A stretch of 64,000 bases of DNA from contig CP066687.1 of assembly GCA_016432405.1 (NCBI GenBank), positions 219,040-283,039 on the forward strand, read 5' to 3'. Below the pieces are notes generated by a model, which had not been told where the DNA came from, did no database searches, and was given only the letters and a program-made list of their open reading frames with translations. Both the position numbers and the translations under genes were made by a program. The DNA comes from Candidatus Giovannonibacteria bacterium. Its GTDB lineage: Bacteria > Patescibacteriota > Minisyncoccia > UBA11713 > 2-01-FULL-45-33. Below, in pieces: positions 27,990 through 37,973 of this stretch. Position 1 is the first letter of the stretch; each line of letters starts with the position of its first letter.

Positions 27990-28589
27990 ATGGATAAAAA
28001 TCCTAATCAATTAAATTCTCCGCAATACGATAAATCTCTGCTCAAATCGGCGGGCGAGAATGTTTTTATCAGCGCGAATGTGGAAATCAGAAGGCCGCAT
28101 TTAGTTTCTATTGGAAGTAACGTAGATATTGATTCTGGGTGTTATCTTACACCCGGATTGGAAATAGGCGATTATGTGCATATTGCGGCCTATGTTACTG
28201 TTATTGGTTGGCCAAACGGGTTTCTCAAAATGGGAAATTTTACCAATATCGCCGTGGGCGGAAGAATCATTTGCGTTTCGGATACTTTTTCGGGCGACGG
28301 GCTTATCGGCGCGCAGGGGATACCGGATGAATTCCGGAAGCTCAAAATCGCGCCCGTTGTTTTTGAAAATTTCGCCAATGTCGGCGCGGGGGCGATTATT
28401 TTGCCTGGGGTGACATTGCGCGAAGGGTCGGTTGTCGGCGCGGGGGCGGTTGTCACCAAAGACACGGAGCCGTGGACGATTTACGCAGGAAATCCGGCCA
28501 GGCCGATTAAAAAAAGGCCCAAAGAAAAAATGCTGGAATACGCCGCCAAGCTGGGGTATCCGAACGGCCATAAAACATTTAACACTTAA
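27990..28589 (+). CDS. Left-handed beta-helix (hexapeptide-repeat) acyl/acetyltransferase, sugar N-acetyltransferase-like (FdtC/QdtC or PglD-like)
   Basis: Hexapeptide repeats IGSNVDIDSGCYL, IGDYVHIAAYV and VGAGAIILPGVTL; 199 aa. Confidence 0.6.
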   Translation: MDKNPNQLNSPQYDKSLLKSAGENVFISANVEIRRPHLVSIGSNVDIDSGCYLTPGLEIGDYVHIAAYVTVIGWPNGFLKMGNFTNIAVGGRIICVSDTFSGDGLIGAQGIPDEFRKLKIAPVVFENFANVGAGAIILPGVTLREGSVVGAGAVVTKDTEPWTIYAGNPARPIKKRPKEKMLEYAAKLGYPNGHKTFNT

Positions 28590-28597
28590 CATGTGAC

Positions 28598-29788
28598 ATG
28601 AGGATTGTTTTTGTCACTTCCAAACTGAATTTCAAAACCGCGGGCGGCTCAATTGAGGAACTTGATTTACTTATGCAGACTTTGCAAAATTTAGGGAACT
28701 CCGTTAAAACAGTTACCGCTTTTTCCGCCAACAACGTTATTCCGGAAAAACGCCCCTACGAAGTCATAGAGGAGCAAATTACTTCCAAGCGTCTTTTGGG
28801 CATCGCCTGGCAGCTTTATAAAATTTTAAAAAAATATGAGCAGATGGCCGACATTTTCCACATTGACGGCCATATTTTTTTATACGGCGCTGGGCTCTAT
28901 AAGCTTTTGGGCGGGCGGGATGCACGCCCCGTGGCGGCGTATTTTAACTATTACCTGATGTGTTGGGAGGACACGGCTATCAGTTTGACGTCGCCGCCTG
29001 AAGAAAATATTTTGATTCGCGCAAAAAAGAAAATCCGCTGGCTGATAGAAAAATGTATCGGCATGCCGCTTGCTAACCGCATTGATATTTTTGCGTTTGT
29101 CAGCCCGAATTTGAAAGCGGTATACGAAGATTTCGGCCTGCGAAAAGACCCAAACACTTTTGTAATAGGCGACTTGATTGATTTTCAGAAAATTATGCGT
29201 GAGAACGGAATTTCGGAAGATACTTACCTGAACCGGAACAAGCGCACGGGGCCGTTTCTCCTTTTTTACTCCAGTCGGATGATCCGCGGGAAAGGCTTTG
29301 ATTTGCTGCTTCACGGATTTTCACGTCTCCGGAACAAAGAGAATTTTAAATTGATTTTGACCGGCATCGGGCCGGAGGCGGAGACGCTCAAAAAAATGGC
29401 GAAGGACCTGGGAATTGAAAAATACGTTGAGATGCCCGGATGGGTCACGTGGGAACGCCTGCTCCAATACAACAAGGAGGCGGATATTTACATACAGGTG
29501 GGCTGGAAGCCGGAGGGTACCTCTATTTCCCAGCTCTACGCGATGGCTTTCGGCGTGCCATCTATCTTGCCCGGAGGCGGAGGGCTTGAGTGGCAGGCAA
29601 AAAACACCGCGATTTACGTCCGAAACGGCGCTCACGACGATTTGGCGCGCGCCATAGAAAAACTGGCGGGCGATTTTGAGCTCCGCGCCGAGCTTTCCAG
29701 AAATTGCTACAAGCGCATCAAAGAAAATTCAATGGATTACAGAAAACAGATTCCAATCTGGAACGAGAAACTTAAATCTTTGGTTTGA
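28598..29788 (+). CDS. GT4 family glycosyltransferase (GT-B fold, Glycos_transf_1)
   Basis: C-terminal half GIGPEAETLKKMAKDLGI...GWKPEGTSISQLYAMAFGVPSI matches the GT4 EX7E region; 396 aa. Confidence 0.65.
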   Translation: MRIVFVTSKLNFKTAGGSIEELDLLMQTLQNLGNSVKTVTAFSANNVIPEKRPYEVIEEQITSKRLLGIAWQLYKILKKYEQMADIFHIDGHIFLYGAGLYKLLGGRDARPVAAYFNYYLMCWEDTAISLTSPPEENILIRAKKKIRWLIEKCIGMPLANRIDIFAFVSPNLKAVYEDFGLRKDPNTFVIGDLIDFQKIMRENGISEDTYLNRNKRTGPFLLFYSSRMIRGKGFDLLLHGFSRLRNKENFKLILTGIGPEAETLKKMAKDLGIEKYVEMPGWVTWERLLQYNKEADIYIQVGWKPEGTSISQLYAMAFGVPSILPGGGGLEWQAKNTAIYVRNGAHDDLARAIEKLAGDFELRAELSRNCYKRIKENSMDYRKQIPIWNEKLKSLV

Positions 29789-30608
29789 CGCAATATAAAT
29801 TCACGAATTCGCCGAAATTTGTGCCATCGGCGGATTTGGGTATGAATCTTGCGTAGTCGGCGTCACTTGTCGCCGGACTTAATTTTGACAAGCCCTGTTT
29901 TGTGATGGCGAAAATTTGGAAGCCGAAGGACTCAATGAAATTTAAAAAATTTAACGGCGTGTTTCCGGCCGCTCGAACCCACGCGGGGGCGAATTCAATG
30001 ATTAAGGCCAGATTTTTGTTTTCTGAAAGTATTTTTTTCATACCTTGAAGAGCCGCGTACTCGCCACCTTCTATGTCCATTTTTATAATATCCACCTTAT
30101 TTACGTCGTTTTTTTGCAGGAATGAATCTAGGTTGGCTGCCCGGACGCTTATTTTTGTTTTTTTAAAATCCAGCGGTACGTTGGGCAACACACTGCCCAC
30201 GCCGCTTTTTTCATCGTAGTGGTAAAAATCAATCTGACCGGTTTTGTCGGATATGGCAAGCCGGTATGATTTTATGTTTTTCAGCCGCCCGATATTTTTT
30301 TGCAGCAGGATAAAATTTTCCGGGTCTGCCTCAAAAGCGTAAACTGTTCCGCTGCCCCCAACTAATTCCGAAGCAATCCGGGCGTAATAGCCGATATGCG
30401 CTCCGACGTCAATTATTGTCATTCCGGGCTTTACGATTTTTTTAAAAAGAGAAATTGTTTCCGGCTCGTAGAGGTCAAAAAGCATGTCCAGTTTCCAGCG
30501 CCTGATATAATTTTTCGGAAAGTGGTAGCCCACGGAAAAAGCATAAACATCAACCAAGGCGTCAAACAGCTTATGCAAAAACAGCGCTCTATATATCTTT
30601 CTTAGCAT
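29772..30608 (-). CDS. FkbM family methyltransferase
   Basis: IIDVGAHIGYY and IKMDIEGGE are FkbM hallmarks; 278 aa. Confidence 0.65.
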   Translation of the reverse strand: MLRKIYRALFLHKLFDALVDVYAFSVGYHFPKNYIRRWKLDMLFDLYEPETISLFKKIVKPGMTIIDVGAHIGYYARIASELVGGSGTVYAFEADPENFILLQKNIGRLKNIKSYRLAISDKTGQIDFYHYDEKSGVGSVLPNVPLDFKKTKISVRAANLDSFLQKNDVNKVDIIKMDIEGGEYAALQGMKKILSENKNLALIIEFAPAWVRAAGNTPLNFLNFIESFGFQIFAITKQGLSKLSPATSDADYARFIPKSADGTNFGEFVNLYCVKPKI

Positions 30609-32100
30609 ACGATTTAATTTTTTTTGCCAAGAGATCGGCCAAGGGCTCCAGGACGGCCCGCTTTTTTCCCAAATCGGCTTCGTGCTCCCAGATATATGAC
30701 AGGTCCAGCGGAGCGGCGTCTTCCAACATTCCTTGAATGTACGCTAAAAGCTCTTTCTCATCAAAATTAAACCGCCGGAGCTGGTCTTCTACGATATATG
30801 GCAGCATATCTATCTGCTCGCATTTTTTTACCATGGATATGGCGTTGTAAAACTGGTCGCCGAATGTGATGACCGGTTTTCCCAGAAAAAGCGCTTCCCA
30901 GCCCGCCGTGCTTGTGATGGTTAGCACAAGTTTTGCTTTCGGCAATATCTCAAAGCTTGTTATTGACGGGTCCAGCAGTTTGACGTTCGGTATTTTTTTG
31001 AGCTCCTTATAATATGAGCGCGGCCGGAAAGGCACCATTTGCGGATGTTCTTTGATGTAGAGTTTAAAATGAACCGGCAAAGAGCGCGCGATTTGCCGGA
31101 CCAGCGTCAGCTGGTTGGCGTGGAACGGCGCGTGGAGGAGCGTGGAAATTTCCGGCTCCATCTGCAGGGTGTAATAAGCAAAATCCACATCCGGGTTAAA
31201 AGCATCATATAGGTCTTCCACGCCGATGAGGTTTCTTATTTTGCGTTTGGCGCGGTCATAAAGAGAATACAGGGGATTAATGTAGGTATAATCGCTTCTA
31301 TCAATTTTAGCGGCATAGTCGTAAACCTCTTTAGAATAAACGCGCACGAATCTTACAAAATTTTTTGGTTTTAAAAAATTAAAGTGGCTTGCTCTCTTTA
31401 CGGCCAGCTTTTTAATGTCCACCCCTTCATAGTAAGGATGCGGCGCGCTTCTGAAATCGCGCAGAAAATTGGAAGCTTTCTCCAGCCGCTTGAAATCGGT
31501 GCCCCCGGCCATAATCTCTTTTGCTATTTCCTCCACCTCCGTAAATCGGTCGTATCTCTTACTGATTATGGTTTTGTTTTTTGTGTATCCCGGCAGAATC
31601 GCTATCGGCTGAATTCCTTTTTTCACGGCTATCTCGTGCAAAAGATATCCTCCCATGCCGCCGAGCACGGAGAAGACAAGCGCGTCCGGTTTTTCTTTGT
31701 CCAAAAATTCAATAATCGCTTTGGCCCTTACTTGAAGGATGCGCATCATCTCTTCGTGAGTATAGGGCGGAGCGGCGTACGGATACTCGCGCACCAGCTG
31801 GTTAAACATTACGACCCTGTCAACGGCTATGTACGGCCATAGATTTGGAATCCCGTAGGCGCGCTCCAGCCAATTTAAATACGCCAAATCAAGCGGCTCC
31901 GTTTTGTACCGCTTATGAATCTCCTCGTCAAAAATTAAAGAGCTGTATTTAATCTCTTTTTGGTTCGCCAAAAAATCATGGCTCGTCCTAAGCGAAGTAT
32001 AGCCGCAAAATTCGGTTATGCCGTATTTTTCCTTTAGCGTGATTGCAAGGCAATGCGCGATATAAGCGAAGCGGCGCTGGGCCAAAAAGCAAATTTTCAT
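30589..32100 (-). CDS. Capsule polysaccharide biosynthesis protein family (KpsS/KpsC/LpsZ-like, Capsule_synth)
   Basis: 503 aa soluble protein. YTLQMEPEIS resembles the family's conserved LQvxxDs region. LFLGKPVITFG resembles the GT-B donor site. Confidence 0.45.
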   Translation of the reverse strand: MKICFLAQRRFAYIAHCLAITLKEKYGITEFCGYTSLRTSHDFLANQKEIKYSSLIFDEEIHKRYKTEPLDLAYLNWLERAYGIPNLWPYIAVDRVVMFNQLVREYPYAAPPYTHEEMMRILQVRAKAIIEFLDKEKPDALVFSVLGGMGGYLLHEIAVKKGIQPIAILPGYTKNKTIISKRYDRFTEVEEIAKEIMAGGTDFKRLEKASNFLRDFRSAPHPYYEGVDIKKLAVKRASHFNFLKPKNFVRFVRVYSKEVYDYAAKIDRSDYTYINPLYSLYDRAKRKIRNLIGVEDLYDAFNPDVDFAYYTLQMEPEISTLLHAPFHANQLTLVRQIARSLPVHFKLYIKEHPQMVPFRPRSYYKELKKIPNVKLLDPSITSFEILPKAKLVLTITSTAGWEALFLGKPVITFGDQFYNAISMVKKCEQIDMLPYIVEDQLRRFNFDEKELLAYIQGMLEDAAPLDLSYIWEHEADLGKKRAVLEPLADLLAKKIKSYAKKDI

Positions 32101-32155
32101 GGTTATAATTATGTAACAACCGGGGTTTAAATGTGGTTATTATATATGACATACC

Positions 32156-32707
32156 ATGGCGATTCAAGAAATTTTTGAGCGGATAAAATTCTGGCGGACG
32201 GCTGACAGGATCGGGCCTGATATTCCATGGACTCATTGGAAACTGCATTTTAATTCCACGATGCGCGCGTTTTGTAAGAAGAAGTTCAGGCATTTTGACG
32301 CGACCGCGGAATTGCGCCCCGGCTCTTATTTTATCTGCCCTTCCAAAATCAGTATTGGCAAAGGCGTTATTGTCCGGCCAGGCAGTTTTTTGGCCGCCAA
32401 TCCAAAAGACGGAGAGCATGGGATTACTATAGAAGACGAAGTGCTTTTGGGGCCCGGGGTTCACATGTATACAACCGACCACGAATTTAAAAATCCGGAC
32501 GTCCCTATTTGTTATCAGGACTATAAGCCATCCAAGCCGATAGTTGTAAAGCGAGGGGCGTGGATTGGCGCCAACGTCGTCATTTTGGCTGGGGTTACCA
32601 TAGGAGAAAACAGCGTAATTGGCGCGGGCAGCGTGGTGAGTAAAGATATCCAGCCGCGCGTCGTCGCCGCCGGAAGCCCGGCAAGAGTCGTGCGCTCGCT
32701 TTCATGA
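32156..32707 (+). CDS. Hexapeptide-repeat O-/N-acetyltransferase (maltose/galactoside acetyltransferase-like)
   Basis: IGANVVILAGVTIGENSVIGAGSVV hexapeptides; 183 aa. Confidence 0.6.
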   Translation: MAIQEIFERIKFWRTADRIGPDIPWTHWKLHFNSTMRAFCKKKFRHFDATAELRPGSYFICPSKISIGKGVIVRPGSFLAANPKDGEHGITIEDEVLLGPGVHMYTTDHEFKNPDVPICYQDYKPSKPIVVKRGAWIGANVVILAGVTIGENSVIGAGSVVSKDIQPRVVAAGSPARVVRSLS

Positions 32708-32710
32708 ATT

Positions 32711-33469
32711 ATGAAAAATATCCGCATCATACCGCGGCTGGACATAAAAGGGCCGAATGTTGTAAAGCCGGTGCATACGGAAGCGCTGCGCGTTGTGGGC
32801 GACCCGAAAGAATCGGCTATACGTTATCACAAAGAGGGCGCGGACGAGCTGATTTACTTGGACATCGTTGCAAGTTTATATCAGAGGAATCTTGATTTTG
32901 ATTTATTAAAATCCGTAACCGAAAATATTTTCATACCGGTAACCGTCGGCGGCGGCATCCGGACGATTCATGACATAAATAACGCTCTGCGTTCGGGAGC
33001 GGATAAAGTCGCGATTAACACTTACGCTGTCCGCCACCCGGAATTTTTAAGCGAGGCGGCAAAAGAATTCGGCTCTCAATGTATTGTGCTTTACATTGAA
33101 GCAAAAAAACAGCCCAACGGCGCTTATGAGGCGTACACAGATGGCGGAAGGGAGCATTCTGGGCTTGATGCCGTAGAATGGGCAAGACGCGGTATTGAGC
33201 TTGGCGTCGGCGAGATTTTGGTGACATCGGTTGACCGCGACGGAACCAGACGGGGGTATGATTTGGATTTAATCCGACGAATCAGCGCCTTCTCGCCGGT
33301 TCCGGTTATCGCGCACGGCGGCGCTGGGGATTTGGAATCTTTGGACAAAGTTATTATGGATGGGAAAGCAGATGCCATTTCTGCATCCTCAATTTTTCAT
33401 TACGGAGATTTTAAGATAGGAGATGTTAAAAATTATCTAAAAGCAAAAAATATAAATGTCCGAACCTAA
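32711..33469 (+). CDS. HisF-like cyclase subunit of the glycan amidotransferase complex (WbuZ-like imidazole glycerol phosphate synthase paralogue)
   Basis: IIPRLDIKG...VVK and VTVGGGIRT...VDRDGT are HisF motifs. It sits beside a HisH-like gene and a PP-loop amidotransferase. Confidence 0.7.
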   Translation: MKNIRIIPRLDIKGPNVVKPVHTEALRVVGDPKESAIRYHKEGADELIYLDIVASLYQRNLDFDLLKSVTENIFIPVTVGGGIRTIHDINNALRSGADKVAINTYAVRHPEFLSEAAKEFGSQCIVLYIEAKKQPNGAYEAYTDGGREHSGLDAVEWARRGIELGVGEILVTSVDRDGTRRGYDLDLIRRISAFSPVPVIAHGGAGDLESLDKVIMDGKADAISASSIFHYGDFKIGDVKNYLKAKNINVRT

Positions 33470-34064
33470 AATAACAATTATTGATTACGGTGTTGGAAAT
33501 CTGCATAGTCTGCGGCGGGCATTTAAGTTTTTTGAAATTGATGCGGCGATTTCTGAAGACGCGGATGAAATTTTAAACTCGGATGCCGTAGTTTTGCCCG
33601 GGGTCGGTTCTTTTGAGGCGGGAATGAGAGGCCTTAAGGTTCGCGGGCTCGTTGATGCCGTGAAAGAATTTGCTGTCAGCAACAAGCCGATGCTTGGCAT
33701 ATGTTTGGGCGCGCAGATTTTGCTTTCAGAAGGGCATGAGTTCGGGGTTTTTGAAGGGCTGGACATAATTCCTGGCAAAGTTACGCGTTTCCCGGAGCTT
33801 GCCGGCGGGGAGAAAATACCGCATATCGGATGGAATAGAGTCAGCTCGCCCGGCGGAGACGCGTGGAACAAAGATTTTTATTTCGTACATTCTTATATTT
33901 TGCGGCCGGAAAAAAGGGAGCACATTTTCGGGCTTACAACTTACGGCGGGCAGGAATTTTGCTCGGTTGTGAAAAAAGGCAACATTTACGGGACGCAGTT
34001 CCATCCGGAGCGCAGCGGCGATGCCGGGCTTGAGATAATTAAAAATTTCATTAAGATCGCATGA
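33456..34064 (+). CDS. HisH-like glutamine amidotransferase subunit (WbuY-like)
   Basis: IIDYGVGNLHS...LPGVGSF...GICLGAQIL...HSY...QFHPE; the class I GATase triad is present. Confidence 0.7.
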   Translation: MSEPKITIIDYGVGNLHSLRRAFKFFEIDAAISEDADEILNSDAVVLPGVGSFEAGMRGLKVRGLVDAVKEFAVSNKPMLGICLGAQILLSEGHEFGVFEGLDIIPGKVTRFPELAGGEKIPHIGWNRVSSPGGDAWNKDFYFVHSYILRPEKREHIFGLTTYGGQEFCSVVKKGNIYGTQFHPERSGDAGLEIIKNFIKIA

Positions 34065-35335
34065 TTTCAAAAGTTAAGAACACGCAAGTCAAATACGGTT
34101 TGCCGCAAGAGGTTAAGTTTTGTAAAAAGTGCGTAATTTCCAACCAGCGGCCGAATTCAGCAATTGAATTCGCGCACACAAGCGACACTCGCAAAGCCAC
34201 GATTAACTTTGATGCTGAAGGAGTTTGTGATGCGTGCCGCTTTGCCAAAATAAAAAAAACTCAAATTGACTGGGCCGAACGTGAACGGCAGTTGGCGGCA
34301 TTGTGCGGTAGATACCGCAAAAATAACGGAGAATACGACTGCATCGTTCCGGGGTCCGGGGGCAAAGATAGTTTTTACGCCGCCCATATTTTGAAATATA
34401 AATACGGCATGCACCCGTTGACGGTGACTTGGGCGCCGCATCTTTATACCGATTGGGGGTGGAAAAATTTTCAGGCGTGGATTCACGCCGGGTTTGACAA
34501 TTACTTGCATACGCCGAACGGCAATGTGCATCGCTTATTAACCCGCCTTGCTCTTGAAAAACTTTTTCATCCCTTCCAGCCGTTTATTTTGGGGCAAAAA
34601 TCCCTCCCGCCAAAATTAGCCGTATCTTTTAATATCCCCTTGGTTTTTTACGGAGAAAATGAAGCAGAATACGGCAACCCAATTGCGGATATGTCCACTG
34701 CCAAACGCGACCGGTCTTATTTCACGGCGAAAGATCAATCCAAAATTTATTTAGGCGGCGTATCCGTAGCGGATCTTAAACAGCGCTACGATATTTCAGA
34801 TAACGATCTTCAGCAGTATTTCCCCGCCGATCCGGCAAGAATGGAAAAAATCGCTTTGGAGGTACATTATCTGGGATATTATTTAAAGTGGCATCCGCAA
34901 TCCTGTTATTATTACGCGGTGGAACACGGTGGCTTTCAGGCCGCCCCGGAACGCAGCCCGGGGACATACGGAAAATATACCAGCATTGATGATAAAATGG
35001 ATGACTTGAATTTTTACACAATGTTCATAAAATTCGGCATTGGGCGCGCGACTTGGGATGCGGCGCAGGAAATAAGATCGGGCGATATAACGCGCGATGA
35101 AGGGGTATCGCTTGTGAGAAGATTTGACGGAGAATACCCCGCAAGATTTGAGGACGAACTTTTTCAGTATTTAAGCATTACGAAAAAGGACTTTTCGCCA
35201 AAGATTGTTAAAATGTTTGATTATCCTGCGATGAACAAAAAATATTTTATGAAATTAGCCGACGAATTTAGGTCGCCGCATTTATGGGAGCGTCTGCCGA
35301 ACGAAGAGTGGCGATTGAAACGCCAAGTCAGTTAA
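34061..35335 (+). CDS. N-acetyl sugar amidotransferase (WbuX/PseA-like PP-loop ATP pyrophosphatase)
   Basis: N-terminal zinc ribbon CKKC...CDAC; PP-loop CIVPGSGGKDS; 424 aa. Confidence 0.65.
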   Translation: MISKVKNTQVKYGLPQEVKFCKKCVISNQRPNSAIEFAHTSDTRKATINFDAEGVCDACRFAKIKKTQIDWAERERQLAALCGRYRKNNGEYDCIVPGSGGKDSFYAAHILKYKYGMHPLTVTWAPHLYTDWGWKNFQAWIHAGFDNYLHTPNGNVHRLLTRLALEKLFHPFQPFILGQKSLPPKLAVSFNIPLVFYGENEAEYGNPIADMSTAKRDRSYFTAKDQSKIYLGGVSVADLKQRYDISDNDLQQYFPADPARMEKIALEVHYLGYYLKWHPQSCYYYAVEHGGFQAAPERSPGTYGKYTSIDDKMDDLNFYTMFIKFGIGRATWDAAQEIRSGDITRDEGVSLVRRFDGEYPARFEDELFQYLSITKKDFSPKIVKMFDYPAMNKKYFMKLADEFRSPHLWERLPNEEWRLKRQVS

Positions 35336-35350
35336 AAAAGTTTTAAAAGC

Positions 35351-36076
35351 ATGAAAGAAAAACTTTTGGCCATTATTCCCGCAAGAGGGGGGTCTAAACG
35401 CATTCCCAATAAAAACATCAGGAATTTTTTTGGCAAACCTTTGATTGCGCATACGATTTTGCAGGCAAAAGAAAATTCTTTTATTGACAGGGTGGTTGTG
35501 GACACGGATTCCCAAAAAATTGCGGCGATTGCGCGAAGATGCGGAGCGGAGGTGCCGTTTTTGCGCCCCAAGCGCTTGGCTGCAGACAAAGCCAGCGTCA
35601 ATGATTCGGCCGTTTATTTTCTAAAGAGATTAAAAAAAGAAGAAGGATACGAACCGGAATATGTAATGTTTTTGCACACAACCTCGCCGCTTCGCGAACA
35701 AAAGGACATTCATGAATGCTGGGAATTTATGAAAAAAAGCGGCGCCACAACCGTTCTTACCGTGTGCCCCACGCATCCGCGCCTTTATTATCTGGGCGCG
35801 AAAAATAAAATCATTTTGGCTAACAGCCCCGGAGACAAGCTGCCGTCTAATGTCCAGCAATGGCGCAAGGCGTACATTTTAAACGGCTGTTTCGTGTATA
35901 TTGTAAAAACATCCGCGTTGCTTAAAGAAAAAGACATTTTTACCAGCGATACAAGAGCCGTGGTTTGTGACAGGTGGCGGTCGGTTGATTTAGATAATCC
36001 CGAAGATTGGGTTTTGGCGGAATTGCTCTACAAAAATCGGAAAAAACTGGGTAAGCAAATTAAAAATTTTAAATAA
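35351..36076 (+). CDS. Acylneuraminate/nonulosonate cytidylyltransferase (NeuA/PseF/LegF family)
   Basis: LAIIPARGGSKRIPNKN is the CTP_transf_3 signature; 241 aa. Confidence 0.7.
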   Translation: MKEKLLAIIPARGGSKRIPNKNIRNFFGKPLIAHTILQAKENSFIDRVVVDTDSQKIAAIARRCGAEVPFLRPKRLAADKASVNDSAVYFLKRLKKEEGYEPEYVMFLHTTSPLREQKDIHECWEFMKKSGATTVLTVCPTHPRLYYLGAKNKIILANSPGDKLPSNVQQWRKAYILNGCFVYIVKTSALLKEKDIFTSDTRAVVCDRWRSVDLDNPEDWVLAELLYKNRKKLGKQIKNFK

Positions 36077-36083
36077 ATTTTCT

Positions 36084-36989
36084 ATGAAAATCGGCTTAAT
36101 CGGATTCGGTTCAATAGGACAGCGGCATTATAACAATTTAGTTAAGCGTACAAAAAATGTCATTGTGTTTTCTAGAAGGGACGATGTCAATTTGCCGCGT
36201 CAGGTTAAAAATTGGCGCGAATTTAAAAAGTGCGGTCCGTATGACGGCATTATTATCGCGAACGAAACTTCTAAACATGTTGTGACAATAAAAAAATGCA
36301 TTGCTCTATCCGCCGGCTGGCGGACCAAAGCGCTTTTTATAGAGAAACCGCTATCGCATAATTTAAAAAATCTGAATTCGCTCGGTCGGCTTTTGCTGAA
36401 GAATCGGATAAGCGCTTTTGTTGGATACTGCTTTCACTTTTTCGGGCCATTTATTAAAATTAAAAAAATTATCAAGAGCGGCAAACTGGGCCGAATTTAT
36501 TACTTGCGCGCGTCGGTGGGGCAGGACCTGAAAGAGTGGCGGCCGGGGCGCGATTATCGCAAAATTTATTCTGCGAGAAAAAATCTTGGCGGAGGGGTTT
36601 TGCTGGATTTAGTGCACGATATTAATTATCCCGCATGGCTTTTGGACGATGTTTTAATCCCGCAACGTTCTTTGGTCAAAAAGATATCTGATTTAAAAAT
36701 AAATACGGAGGATTTGGCGGAAAGCGTTTTTGTCGGCAAAAAGACTGGGGTAATCGTGTCCGTGCACCAGGATTATTTAAGAATTCCCGGCAGACGGTCC
36801 CTGGAAATAGCGGGCTCCAAGGGTAGTTTAATATGGAATTCGTCGGACGCCGAAGACCGCGGTAAGATGTATCAAAGAGAAATTAATTTTTTTATCGGTT
36901 TGATAAAAGGCGGCAAGTATTTTTCCAATTGGGATGAAGCCGTTTGGGATGTTAAAAACATAGAATATTTGAAAAAACATGGCGGATAA
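36084..36989 (+). CDS. Gfo/Idh/MocA family oxidoreductase
   Basis: KIGLIGFGSIGQRH...FIEKPLS. Confidence 0.6.
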   Translation: MKIGLIGFGSIGQRHYNNLVKRTKNVIVFSRRDDVNLPRQVKNWREFKKCGPYDGIIIANETSKHVVTIKKCIALSAGWRTKALFIEKPLSHNLKNLNSLGRLLLKNRISAFVGYCFHFFGPFIKIKKIIKSGKLGRIYYLRASVGQDLKEWRPGRDYRKIYSARKNLGGGVLLDLVHDINYPAWLLDDVLIPQRSLVKKISDLKINTEDLAESVFVGKKTGVIVSVHQDYLRIPGRRSLEIAGSKGSLIWNSSDAEDRGKMYQREINFFIGLIKGGKYFSNWDEAVWDVKNIEYLKKHGG

Positions 36990-37971
36990 GCTTACATTTT
37001 TGCAAATTGGGCTTGGGTCAATGGGTAAGCGGCGGGTGCGCAATCTTTTTGCCAACGGCGAGCAGAATGTTGTCGGCCTTGATTTTTCGGCGGAAAGGAG
37101 AAAAGAAGCGGAAGAAAAATACGGCATTAAAACATTTGATAATTTAAATAAAATTCAGGTTGAAAACATTGATGCGGTGAGCATCTCCACGCCCCCAGAC
37201 AAGCACGGGGATTACATCCGCTGGGCGCTTGCCAATAAAAAACATTTTTTTGTTGAGCTCGCGACGACAGACGACGGTTATGAAGAAATCCGCCGGCTGG
37301 CGGATAAAAATTCGGGCATTGTTATGGCGCCCTCCTGCTCATTTCGTTTTTTTCTCCCGATTAAAATGGTGAAAAAGTTTGTTGACAGCGGGCGCATCGG
37401 GAAAGTTTTGGCTTTTCACCATCATGCGGGCCAATATTTGCCGGAATGGCATCCGTGGGAAGATTACCGCCAAATTTATTTTGCCAAAAAAGAAACCGGC
37501 GCTTTCCGCACGATGTTTTTATTTGAACTTAGCTGGCTGAATTGGCTTTTCGGGCATCAGGCCAACGTCGTCTTCGGTTTTACGGATAAAATTTCGGACC
37601 TGGAGTTGGAAATGGGCGCCAAAGATATTACTTGGGCTTACTTAAAATATCAAAATAAAATTTTAGGCAGTCTGTTGATTGATGTCATTTCGCGCAAGCC
37701 ATTCCGGACGCTGCGTGTTTTGGGAAGCGATGGGGTGCTGGAATGGGAGTGGCTTGAGAATGTTATTAAAATTTACGATGCTAAAACAAAATTAACCGAT
37801 AATATTGATGTTCCGAAAGGCAACTCTGCAACCGGCTATTTGACCGCCGAGGATATGTATAACGACGAAATGAAAGCATTTGTTGACGCTATCTACGGCC
37901 GCGCGCCTTATCCTTATACTTTTGAAGAAGACTTGCGAAATTTACGGACTCTATATAAACTTGAGGAATAA
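36979..37971 (+). CDS. Gfo/Idh/MocA family oxidoreductase (second copy)
   Basis: FLQIGLGSMGKRR...FVELATT; 330 aa. Confidence 0.55.
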   Translation: MADKLTFLQIGLGSMGKRRVRNLFANGEQNVVGLDFSAERRKEAEEKYGIKTFDNLNKIQVENIDAVSISTPPDKHGDYIRWALANKKHFFVELATTDDGYEEIRRLADKNSGIVMAPSCSFRFFLPIKMVKKFVDSGRIGKVLAFHHHAGQYLPEWHPWEDYRQIYFAKKETGAFRTMFLFELSWLNWLFGHQANVVFGFTDKISDLELEMGAKDITWAYLKYQNKILGSLLIDVISRKPFRTLRVLGSDGVLEWEWLENVIKIYDAKTKLTDNIDVPKGNSATGYLTAEDMYNDEMKAFVDAIYGRAPYPYTFEEDLRNLRTLYKLEE

Positions 37972-37973
37972 AT

